Assembly: GCA_964106645.2 (NCBI GenBank)
Contig: OZ067048.1
Source: Podarcis pityusensis
Taxonomy: Eukaryota
Reading direction: 5' to 3' (one strand)
Length of the DNA: 64,000 bases
Part shown: piece after piece, positions 40,464 through 52,180 of the stretch
Layout of the letters: each line of letters starts with the position of its first letter
Numbering within the stretch: position 1 is the stretch's first letter
Notes under the pieces: generated by a model
Told to the model about the DNA's origin: nothing
The model's database searches: none
The model's input: only the letters and a program-made list of their open reading frames with translations
Program-made: the position numbers and the translations under genes

Positions 40464-40957
40464 TTAATGAGCTTTAGTGGGAAAATGTAAGGGAGGTGTA
40501 GCTATTTAAATCAAAAGGACATCTGAAGGAGGGCTGCTCAGTTTTTCTCTAATTCCTATATGTCATTTTTTATTCATAAAATTTATATCCTGCCCTTCCT
40601 CTCAAAGGGAGCATACATGCCACTATATAAGACAATTGTACATGTGTGCATTTCACTTTGTAGACATGGAGGGTTTGCAAGGCAACTGCTGTTCCAGTCT
40701 TTTTGAGAGATGTAAGTAGCACTTTATTAAATAAAGCCAGGTTTCATTTGGCCTGTTCTTTCCATTGCTCAACTAATTAATGTCTATAGCCCTAAGGGGG
40801 AAAGTTATTTTTCCACTAACTAGCAGTCAGGTGTTGCTTCTGGCATGAGAAAAATGGGGAAACTAACTTTGCCATTTCCTTAGATTGCAGAGGTTGTATA
40901 CTGCAACTGGTGATCTCTCTGCCAGTTAATAACTTGTTGTATGTATATGTAGCATAC

Positions 40958-40961
<4 letters not shown>

Positions 40962-40994
<33 letters not shown>
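40962..40994. repeat. (TG)n microsatellite
   Basis: Direct reading. Confidence 0.95.
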
Positions 40995-40996
<2 letters not shown>

Positions 40997-41520
40997 CTGA
41001 GAAAACTGTTGTTTAGAAATGCTCCAAAACCCTCTACTGTAGTTAAATAAAGCAGTTTAGGTTGGATTTCAAAGTTTGCCTTGCATCTAATGCCATCTCG
41101 TTGTAGGAAGGGAAAGGATCTTTTTTCCTCATAAAAAGATTGGAGAGGTGCCCAGTAAGCACAGTAGACTGGAATAAAAAGGAAGCTATACATTTTAATA
41201 AATATTGTCACAAGTGACAGCTGGTTTCTAGAGCTGAAACTAACTCCATCAAAGTGCATATCTGGGAGTGGGCAGGTTTTGTCCCACATATTAGATTCCG
41301 AACATTTCATATTAATGATCCCACAGCTACTTCAAGGCGTTTCTCCTCCCACATCTTGCCTGAATGCTAAGGTCATTGACTGACACTCTTCTCCAAATGC
41401 CACCTCCATTAGAAGTTAGTCTTGCATCTTTGTCCCAGCTATGGAGTACCCTTCCCAAAGAAATATGTCTGGCACAAACTTTGCCGTCAGTCCAAGGTTG
41501 AAATAGATATGCATCCAGAC

Positions 41521-42053
41521 TAGGGCTGGGCGATATATTGATATTTGATCCAACACCAGGGACTCAGCTACATTCATTTATTATATTGTTAGAACTGCGT
41601 TATAAACATATGACACCAGATGGCGCTGTAGAGCTGTGATCGGTCACCAATGGGATTTTTGCACTGAGAGATTTTATAGTGTTTTTTCAATCAGTGTAGA
41701 TCCAGCCAAGTTTGAAGGCCATTATTGTGATATTGGTTTAATAATTTTTTTGATCTGGCAATATATCACAAATCATGGGGGGGGGGGGGGGGTGCACCAT
41801 GCAAAAATCACAATGTGGGGAAAGCCAGACAATGCTTTTATTGTTTCCTGAGGCCTCTGTTAACTCTGCTGGTTCAGCTCTTCCCTGCCTCCTGCAGGAG
41901 GCAGCAAAAATCATGATGTGGGAAAAACGGTTAAGCCAGCTAGTGCCTCTACATAGCTTCATTCTTATTTCAGACATTGTGATATATTGGTATATTGAGA
42001 TGTTTAGCTGGTGATATATTGTGATGTTGAAAACCAGATATTGCCCAGATCTG
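41521..42053. mobile_element. hAT-like non-autonomous element
   Basis: Left TAGGGCTGGGCGATAT and right ATATTGCCCAGATCTG (degenerate TIR); many subterminal gatatatt repeats; TSD not clean. Confidence 0.65.
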
Positions 42054-42499
42054 GATTCCAGGCATTTTAAAAACACTCTCATCTTAAATATTTAAATTCT
42101 CTGACTACTTATAGCACATTTACAGGCTGTCTGTTTCTAGTTTTATTTGCTAATTTTATTTTTGAAAAGCACAATGCAATCATTTGATGGAAGGTGGCAT
42201 ATAAATGTTTTGAATAAACAATAAATAATAATTAATACTTGAATTTTAAGAATAGCAGTTAATAACAAAACTGATTAATGCCATGCTAGTTTCTCTGCCA
42301 AGGGACACTAGATTTCTGATAACACTCCAAGACCAGATTCAAAACAGACCAGGTATGCCGAATAATTTGCTAGGCAAAATGAAAGCAGATTACATTTTTC
42401 AAAAATATGTATTAGATTAGACACTACATATTTGAAACTCAAATCCTAATAATGGTATTTATTTCATGTATGCCTTTGGAAAGACACTTTTGTATTTCG

Positions 42500-42605
42500 T
42501 AAGAACTTAAGAAGAGCCAGCTGGATCAGGCCAATGGCCCATGTTGCCTGGCATCCTGTTCTCACAGTGGACAACCAGATGCCTCTTTGAAACTTACAAG
42601 CAGGA
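42500..42605 (-). mobile_element. CR1-type 3' end
   Basis: taagaacttaagaagagcc...ggatcaggccaatggccc...tcacagtgg is the reverse complement of a CR1-like 3' tail. Confidence 0.6.
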
Positions 42606-43513
42606 TCAATTCTTTGATATTTAAAATTGGGATAATAAAACTTATCATGCAGACATATAATAAAAATTATTATTATTGTAACTTATTTTATTTATATGTT
42701 TATTTACATGTTCATTCACCTTATTCTGTTCTCACTTAAATCAGATTTTATATTGCATTTGATGGGATTTGGATTAAGTATTTTTGGTCATTTAAAAATA
42801 AAATGTATATTTAATGCAATTTTATAAGCAAGCAATTTTTCCATATTCCAAAAATTAGATTTAGTAGCACAATCTCAGTTTCCAGTGTTATTTTTGGCCT
42901 TGTGATCACTATGAACAAGTACCACATCTATGAAATAAACTAAATACTTTTTACTGTAATCTTAAGAACAATATAAAGACTAGAATTCAGAACTGTAAAG
43001 AAAGTTCTGTGTTAACTCAAAGGACTTTGAACTTGTGTTTCTTCAATATTTATTGATTTATTTTATATGTTTCTATAGCACATTCTCTGCTGCTTAAGCA
43101 GCAACTGAAGCAGTTTATAAGACATACTAAAAACAATATAAAGCACAATAGTAAAACAAAATTGGAAAATATTACCACATTTTTCTCTGTATAAGACAAT
43201 GTTTTTTGCCTAAAATTTTAAGGCAAAAATTGGGGTTTGTCTTATACACGGATACTGATGCAGAGTGAGGTGACTGGGCCTGCAGGCAATTGTTGCCAGT
43301 GAGTGGACAATAGGCTGCTATCAGGTGGGTTCCCCCAAAAATGGGCAACTTAAACAGAGTTGAACCCACTTGCCTCCTCTCTGGCTGCTAGCTAGTGAGA
43401 AGGAGTAGGCTTTATCTAGTTTTTTTGTGCATTGGGAGCCTTCTAAGTACCCCTCAACCTTAGTGCAACAAGACCCGTGCTCTTCAGGAAGAAAGCCAGA
43501 CAAAAGCTGTGTA

Positions 43514-43751
43514 CAGTGGTACCTCAGGTTAGACGCTTCAGGTTACAGATGCTTCAGGTTACAGACTCCACTAACCCAGAAATTGTACCTCAGTATGAAC
43601 TTTCCTTCAGGATGAGAACAGAAATTGCATGGTGGCGGTGTGGTGGCAGCGGGAGGCCCCATTAGCTAAAGTGGTACCTCAGGTTAAGAACAGTTTCAGG
43701 TTAAGAACAGACCTCCAGAACGAATTAAGTTCTTAACCCGAGGTACCACTG
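43514..43751. mobile_element. Tigger/pogo-like MITE
   Basis: TIR CAGTGGTACCTC...GAGGTACCACTG, TA TSD on both sides, subterminal cttcaggtta repeats. Confidence 0.92.
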
Positions 43752-44606
43752 TACTTACCTGCCACATGGCAGGAAAGCTAGAATCAACAAGCAAATTCCT
43801 CGTATTCTTAAAACCAATTGGATTGTTGGTTTCTGGATGGACCACCTTAATCAGCCCCCTACCCACAAGGTGATCAGGAAAAAAACCCCTAAGCCCTGCT
43901 GAAGCAGCAATATGCCAATGACAACAATACACTGAATATCATCTACAGGACAACTAAGGAGATCTGTGGGTTAACACATTCCCCGTCAAAAACTACTCTT
44001 GAAGCTGCTGTGCACCTTCTGGGATAAATAGTGACTTCTTTGGAGGGGGTTGATTTGAAAGGAGGGTGGGGAAAGGCTTTGCCTGTTTCCCTGCGCAACA
44101 GCCCCAATCAAATTATACACACATGCTGTGTCTGCTTTTTCTACAGAAAGAGTTATGTCTAGGTTCTAAACACATTAGTTAAAAAGACTTCTAATGTAGC
44201 ATGTAGTTTAGCCCCATGTCTATTATTATTTTGTGTGAAAAGTAGTTCCTGTTTCTCTACATTTAATTAGATGATTATTAACAGATTTATATTTATGAAT
44301 ATCCCGTTGATTTCAAAGAATGTTATACGAAAATGCCCCATATGTTATTTCACCACAATTTGCATTGTTATAATGGGTTATTGACTTCTTTTAGGTTTAA
44401 GGGACTAAGGTAGTATTCAGTAATGACTCTGTGCTACAAGTTTATTGCATATGCCCAAGGTTCATTCACCCCAAGCAATTTGGTCAATAACCAATTTTTA
44501 TACTTCTATCTCCTTCAAAATTCCAAACCAATAATCCCTGGTGCTTTTTTTTTAATTATTTCAGTATCAGACTAACATTTCCCATGGAAATCAATATGGG
44601 TGCGAT

Positions 44607-44745
44607 NNNNNNNNNNNNNNNNNNNNNNNNNNNNNNNNNNNNNNNNNNNNNNNNNNNNNNNNNNNNNNNNNNNNNNNNNNNNNNNNNNNNNNNNNNNNNN
44701 NNNNNNNNNNNNNNNNNNNNNNNNNNNNNNNNNNNNNNNNNNNNN
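44607..44745. other. Assembly gap
   Basis: Run of N. Confidence 1.
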
Positions 44746-47700
44746 AAATTATAGATTTTTTAAAAAAATTGACTATTTTACTGTTTAAAGTGTATCACAT
44801 GCTTTACTTGTCTGCCATACAATGAGCACAGTAGTAAATATGTATTTGTAAATATTTCAGTCTGCTATATGTTACACAATCAATCTTGAACAGCTTCTTT
44901 TTAAAACCTGTTTTCATGATATCTAACACTAAGCTTTACAGGACACTTTCTTGTACTGTCTTCTTTCCCTTGTTTCCTTAGTCTCCCTTCTTCACAGTGT
45001 TAAGGTTTTGGCCTTACTACTATGCCTCAAACAATGCAAGTACATTTATGTGTTCCAGAATGCTATGGGTCATACCCAACTTGTTCAGCTTAATATTTCA
45101 ATGGGTCTACTCTGAGTATGACCAATACTAGACATCACCATATGTTTCCGGTTTGATGCCCTCCCTTTGCAAAAACATATATAGCAAAAGAAAATGTCAA
45201 GCAAAATGAAGAGCAAGAGCTTTTTCTTTCTGCACACCAGCATTGGCGAAGGTGGAGGGGAAAAGCTGCTTTGCTGTATTTACTGCTCTTGAACTAGACC
45301 AATGGCTGACTATTGAGGGGACTAAATCCCAATTCAGGGCTGCTGACTTAATGCCTAGGGACATGCATCTCTGGCAGTGTTGGGGGAAAGTAATTAGAAT
45401 GTGCTTAATTCCTAATAAAAACTGAACTGAATGTCCCAGTAATTGTGGCTGTTTTTGCAAGAGAACAAGATGGCTATGGGAATGAACACTAGGGCTTTTG
45501 AAGTACCCCTGCCCATGGAAGCCCAGCACAGTTACTAACCCTAAGAATTTGAAATCCATGGACAAAATGACACAGACAGCAGGGAGGGGAGAGAATGATG
45601 GCATAGCCAGAATATCAAAACAGTACTGCTGTGAGAGCCAGGTATTTCTTGTAGATAGCATGATCCCTACATCAACGTGCCTGCACACATTCACAAACAA
45701 GCAGCTCCTGTACCCACTTCTACAAGAAGGGCAGCTCTGCATCCACCTTCATCTGTTCCAGCTGCAACAAAACATGCCTCTTCTGAATCAGTTTCTATAG
45801 CCACTGCAGGCGCTGCAACCTGCCAATAGTTTCACCTCCCCTGCAAAGGCGCACTCCTCCCCTGTCTACCAAGACCGATGGATGCCAACTCTAAGAGCTC
45901 CCCTTGAAGAGAAGTTCATTTACAATAGACTTCTACAGGTGTGCTAGGACACATACAGATCTCTAGATCACAGTATGTATCAGCAAACTGGCTTGAATTA
46001 TGACATGATCAAACATGAAGTTACCAGTGTGGCGTTGGCTGAGAACCAGTTTGATGTAGACAGAACTACATACAGTACACTCAATTCATGCTTGTAAACA
46101 GTGATATGTATGTTTGGCATTTCTAGGAGAATAGAACGTTGGAATGAGTACATTCCACACAACAGTGCTAAACCACACGTACCATTGATTTCAGATAAGC
46201 TGCTTGAAGCCCCAGCAATTGAGAGGTGGTTTTTAGTGGTTGTGGTTTTTGTTTGAACCTTGCCTATTATGTATCTTATAGAAAGTAATGGCATTATTGC
46301 ACTGTGTTGAAAAATCAGTTTAAAAGTTATTTTATGGTAAATGGGTGCATAAAACTTTGTTACTCAGACTGGAAATAATATACTAGGCAGTTTCCAATTT
46401 TATGATTAATAAATTCAATTTGAATGAACTATTTATACATTGTACTATAACTGTAGCCCTGCATCAAATTAAAGGACAAGGCTTTAGAGGCCAAGATGAG
46501 CAAATCATTTATGCTGAACAAATTGATACTTTATTACAAAGATTAGACAATATTTACATATTCTGAACGCTAAAAAGATAAAGCAACTCTGAAAGAGCAC
46601 ACATTAATCAAATGTGCATATAATCGCTTCATGTCCAATCTCAGAAATTTTTTGCTTGATCCCCATAATCTTTGGCTTAATATACATTGCTAATTGAAAG
46701 GATAAGGCTAATAATGATGAATTTGCTTTTGAACTACTATCTTTACATATTGATTTAACAACTGATCTTATACATGTTCAGATTAGTTCAATGTGCTTAA
46801 GAGACAAACAGCACGTTCAGAAAAAGCACCTTGCATGGACAGCACCACCAGACTGCAAGAAAACTATCATGTCCAGAAGAAGGCTAGGCAAGCATTTTTC
46901 TCCCTAACCTGCTAGCCTCTCATGGGCATCTGAAGAAGGAAAGCATTCAGATATTCAAGCCTCCAGTTTCCCTCTGATATAGTAGAGTCTGGGAAGGGCT
47001 ATGTGATTTTTCTGAATGTGTGGCTGAAACTTACTTCCTATCTGCGTGTAGAATTATAGCTTTAATAGTATTATAAATATCTTCCTTTTCAGATAAATAG
47101 GTTTATTAATAACACGTGGCTGAAAAGACCTCCCACTCTGTGCACTCTGATAGGCTATGCAAGCATAGGTATAGTACTACTGAGATCTTTTTGACTTACA
47201 AAGGCACCCAAGAAAGTTAAGATAGCTTCGATGTATTTTAGGGTTCTTAAATTGTGTTTTGACATATACAGATCTATGCGAACCGCAAAACTGGATAAGA
47301 AAGAAAATGCCCCCTCTCAATTCTTAAAAGTGTTGTGATAGCATATCTCATGTTGCATTAGATATATACATCACTTGTGTACCCCAAAATATAGAATAAT
47401 CTGGTAAATTATAAGAACAGGTTACTGTTTGTGCAGTTAGGGTGGTTTTGCATAAACCTAACAAAGAAAAAGAGAGAAATTTGGTAATTAAAGGAAGCTA
47501 TAGGTAATTCCAAAAGCCAAGCTTTCTGATACCATAGCGATACCATAGCAGGTGGCTCTGACACCTGCAGCTACAAGTCAATTGAGAGTGTTAAGTTGTA
47601 TCAAGAATTACTACTTTCAAGCATTGCTGGTGATTTTGGACAGCAGCATTTAAGAAACCTTCAATCAGACAGTTCTATCACCACACATTTTCTAAAGCAT

Positions 47701-47902
47701 CCCCACTGTCAAAATTTGCAGGAGTTTGGAGAATTTAACATTTGGAAAGGTTAAAAATGTCAGGGACTGGTTTGGGTAAGTTTTGTGGAACATTTTTTGC
47801 TTCAAACAATGATTGTATGAATTGTTCCAGTGTCCCATCAGGCCAGAATTAATGTATTGTCAATTCACACTTTAATAGGTTGGTTTGTTGACCATTGTCT
47901 AA

Positions 47903-48222
47903 AATGGGGGTGGGGCATCTGAAGCCCCGGGGCCAAAAGTGGCCCTCAAAACCTCTTTATCAGGCCCTTGGGCCTCTCCCTGGGTCACGACCCTCTCTGT
48001 CCCTGCTGGGCTCCTCAAGTATCTGCCTGGCTAGAATGTGTTATTGAACTCTCATACATTGCATCTTTGCTTGTCTGAATGGAGGACAAAGAGCCTACTG
48101 TACAAATTTATATTCATTGCTACCCTATATTTGCCTTTGGCCTCACCTATTACTGGCATGTGGCCCGCAAAATGTTGCTGAGAGGTAATGCACCCTTTGG
48201 GCTGAAAAAGTCTTGACATCCT
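47903..48222. mobile_element. hAT/Charlie-like MITE, degenerate
   Basis: ggggtggggcatctgaagccccggggccaaaagtggccc at the left end and tgtggccc...gggctgaaaaagt at the right end; multiple ggccc subterminal motifs. Confidence 0.5.
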
Positions 48223-49390
48223 TGTGCAATGTGGCCTCCCGGTCCCTTGCCATTGTGTCTTTTGAGACCACCCTCATCATGGATGACTGCTTTTCTATTT
48301 TATTTATTTAACAAGTGGGAGGAGGCAGCCTGTTCACTGAATGTTCTCCAGTCCACTCTGGCAAATGCAAATTTAACATCATGTGTATTGTGATTCCCAC
48401 TTCTAAATAAACAAGTTTAAGAACAGGGTACATATTCACCCTGGAAAACTACTGTCTTGCTTTACAATATGTAACAAAATCAATGCAAATGCTATGTGTT
48501 CCCCCCTTTACAACACTTTGTATATTTTTCTAGAAATTTTGAAATCCAGTTTTATTCTTAGGGCTAATTTTAGTTCCCCAGCTATCTTTCTCCTGTTTTT
48601 TTTCCACATTAGTATAAGGAAATGAAACATCTTTCACATCTCTTCCAGCGCTTCCCTCCTCTTGTTTTTATCTGAAATATCACTTCTTTTGCCCCATTTC
48701 CTGCACACTCTCTCTCTTATGTTTCCCATCATCCAGCTTCCAACCATCTATCCTAGGTCAGAAGCACTTGAAAGTTCCCACTGGTGCTGTTTTCCATTTG
48801 TGTCATGTGATGTCTCTCAGCAGCAGTGAGTACTTCCACAACTACATAAGAGCTGAGAGGAAGGGCTTCCAGCCAAAAAGGGAATGAAGAGCATCTGCTG
48901 CCTGCGGTTAGCCACACACGACAGTGCTGTGATCAACAATACAGAAGCCCTGATGATATTAGGAGAGATAAACAGAAGTAGGAATAGGATCTTCTTAAAA
49001 CAATTGAGTTTTTGCATCCTCAGTACTACTGCCTGTGTCAGGAAAAGCTATCCTCTGCAGTGTGTAAGGGAATCTAACAGTGACTCAAGTCTTATTTGAG
49101 TAGAACTCCAAATACAAGTCTCAAATTCATGTTGCATTATGTCATAATTGTCCTGGAAATTAATATATTTGAGCAGGGATGCTACATCTTTAGAACCTCT
49201 GGTGTGTTTTTCCTTAGTTTATTTACACTTGTAGGACACTCTGTCCTGAAGGCCTGAGACAATTATAGTACTTTGTAGTAGTAATATGTAAGAATACAAA
49301 AAGTAATTTAAATAGATACAGAAATGACAAATTCTTTAACCGCAGCTAGCTTAAGGCTTACGACCAGAACACAGCCCAAATAAAAAAGTA

Positions 49391-49745
49391 CAGTGGTGCC
49401 TCGCAAGACGAAATTAATTCGTTCCGCGAGTTTTGTCGTCTTGCGATTTTTTTCGTCTTGCGAAGCACGGTGTCGGTAAAGTTTTGGAAAAGCTTCAAAA
49501 ATCACCAAAGTCTTAAAAAACCTCAAAAAAGGCTACCACACCGCGTTCTATGAGTTGCTCCTCGAAGTCAAGTCGCAACTGTATTAACGGTGTTAAGAAA
49601 AAGGAAACAAACTTGCAAGACGTTTTCGTCTTGCGAAGCAAGCCCATAGGGAAATTCGTCTTGCGAAGCAGCTCAAAAAACGCAAAACCCTTTCGTCTAG
49701 CGAGTTTTTTGTCTTGCGAGGCATTCGTCTTGCGGGGCACCACTG
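49391..49745. mobile_element. Young Tigger/pogo-like MITE
   Basis: TIR CAGTGGTGCC(T/C)CGCAAGACGAA, TA TSD (49389-49390 and 49746-49747), repeated internal GTCTTGCGA motif, CpGs retained. Confidence 0.93.
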
Positions 49746-50997
49746 TATTACAATACTTTTGGAATACACTCTGGCTTTGACTTTTGCAAATCTCCACAGA
49801 AAGAGAATCCCTCAACTGTGAGACAACTGGTGAGACATTTTTCTATATATGCTCTTTCTTTTGAACATGGCACATAGATGGTGTTGTCAAAATAGTAAAA
49901 CTAGACTTTACATGGTAGAAACTTGCAATATTTCTCTAGTTAGAAAATTAAAAAGCATCCTCAGGAGGCCACGGATTTGATTCAAGGAGCAGTGGTAGGG
50001 GAACAGATGTTTAAACTTCCCCCCATCAACTGCTTTTCCAATCAAAATTGTCTTCCTAAAACAGCTATTTCACACAGGGGAGAAATGATTCAGATATACA
50101 GTCTTTTCCTACAGAGATGGAAAAAGCTTAAGAAGGTTTATTGGGTTTGGAAACAGCCTACAAGGCAAGAATCTATTCCTTTGGTGAAATTAGTAGCCTC
50201 CTTATGCTACATTATATTATAAAAGGTGTTTGGGAAACTGCTATGCATGGCTGCCACATAAAATCTGATTTGGTTTACCAGTCATCCTTAAAAAAATGTG
50301 TGAAGATTTTTCAGCATTGTTGTCTCTTCCTATCTTCTGCATTACTGTTTCTTTTAATATAGTTAGTTACTCATACAAGGAGCCTTCCTCATGTTATCTG
50401 TTTTCCTCAGCAGATGTTGATGGAAAACTTTGGCCACATTTGTATGTCAGCATGACATGAAAAAGCAGAAAAGACTCACAGTAAGCCTCTAGCTCTTGTA
50501 TTTCCTTCCTTCACCACTTCCCACATGATTTGTCCAGACTGGCAAAGTGCAGTTAATATTTAAACACAAGCCAGCTTCAAACCACAGTTACTGAAGCTGT
50601 TTTGTTTAAACTAACCATAGTCAGAATTAACTACAACACCCCAAGAGCCGTTATCAAATGAGGAAGCTAGCTGTGTCTCATTCTTGCTTGTTTACATTGG
50701 TGTTAAACCATGGCTTAACATGATGTGCTGCATTTCCTCTTGGGCGACTTTCTACATGCTAGTGATGGTCATAGCCAGAGACAAAAGTGGGCAGAGGAAC
50801 AACTAAATTTTACCCTTGCACCGTAGGCTAGTTTATACATACGGACACACCCTTCCCTATCTTCCATCCAATCAAGAAAGAGGCATTCCCAGAATTCACA
50901 AGAACACATTCAAGCAAGGCAAAAGCACTCAAGGAGGGTGTGAAGCAGGGCCGATAGGGGAACTGGCTGGCTGGAGAGCAACATTTAACCAAGATGG

Positions 50998-51523
50998 TGT
51001 CAGAAACCGTACTGAGGAGGGCTGCACTGAGGAGGAATGGTGGGAGCCTCCCTCTCCCCCTGCTCCTGATCAGAATCCTGAATCTTCCCAGGAGCAGGAG
51101 GACAGTACTGATTTGGAACAGTGGTTTGCAGAGGGACATAGTTCAGAAGGCAGAAGCTGGGAAATATTGGATGGGGAACAGCTAGGAGAGGAAGCACTGG
51201 GAGAGAGAGAATTAACAGATTCACTGTCTCTGGAAAGCATCCATCCGCTCAGCCCAATGTCAAGAAGAGCTGGTAAGGTGGCAGCACAGAAAGCACAGTG
51301 GTTACAAGCTCAGGTTACAAGACGCAGTAGTGACGTGGGTGACTAGGGAGGAAGTGGGTGGAACGCTTAATTGGGAGCATCGCCTGCCATTGCTAAGAAA
51401 TGGATTCTTTGTTCTCTCACTGTGATCATTAAAGTTTCTAACTGGTAAGAAGACTCATTTCCTTTGTTCTGCTTATCTACTGCCAAAGGGAGGGGGAGGA
51501 AGCAGATTCCCTGAAGCCTGACA
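50998..51523 (+). mobile_element. Solo LTR (Gypsy/ERV-type)
   Basis: TGTCAG...CTGACA inverted termini; 5-bp flanks GATGG/GGTGG (4/5 match); ATTAAA at 51428-51433; length 526 bp. Confidence 0.75.
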
Positions 51524-51819
51524 GGTGGAGAGCCACATTTAGTCTCCAAGGCTGAGGTTCTTCACACCTTGTCTAAAGCTTTTGGAGCTCCTATGAATAT
51601 AACCTCTACTTGACTACTACTATCTATATGTCACTCAAATAATTCAAAACAACAGGTGGGACAGGATTTTCCTTTGCAGAAACCATGCTGATTCTCAGAA
51701 AAATAATACCTATTCTTATTCTTTTCTCTTCCTTATTTTATTATTTTTTCTTCTGCCCTGAACAAGTGCAATTAAAACAGCATCTGATAAAATCACATGT
51801 ACTGAATCAGCAATAAAGA

Positions 51820-52180
51820 GCTTGGTAGGATAAAAATGTCTTTAAGGTCTAGTTAAAAAGCACAAGAGAAGAGTCCAAATAGAGTTGTTAGGAAGAGAAA
51901 TTCCATGTGTCGGGGGCTGCCACAAAACAGCCCTGTCCCTGAATCCACCTTGGTGGAATGTCAGGGAGCAGAGTCTCTGAGGCTGATATTAAGGTCTATT
52001 CTTGCTCATAAGGGTACATGCCACCCTTCACAAACCTGATATCCTCCATATGATTTAGATGTCAACTCCCATTAGTGGCAAAGGCTGTCCTTTAAATCAC
52101 TTCATCCCAAACTGTACAGGGCTTTAAAGATCAGTATTAGCAGTCCATATACAGGAACAAATAGGTAACCACTGTGACCA
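51820..52180 (-). mobile_element. Old L2 fragment
   Basis: ggaagagaaattccatgtgtcgggggctgccacaaaacagccctgtcc is a decayed reverse-strand copy of the RAF.VAAP.LWN.LP region. Confidence 0.55.

Noticed and set aside
45197-45800. 181-aa and 100-aa ORFs
   Set aside because: No homology I can recognise and no exon structure; more plausibly non-coding.
47528-47549. 11-bp tandem duplication GATACCATAGC x2 (similar small duplications near 30024 and 12733)
   Set aside because: Ordinary slippage or repair duplications with no sign of function.
49391-49745. CRISPR-like spaced repeats (GTCTTGCGA)
   Set aside because: Repeats are short, irregularly spaced and enclosed by TIRs with a TA TSD in a vertebrate genome; they are MITE subterminal repeats.
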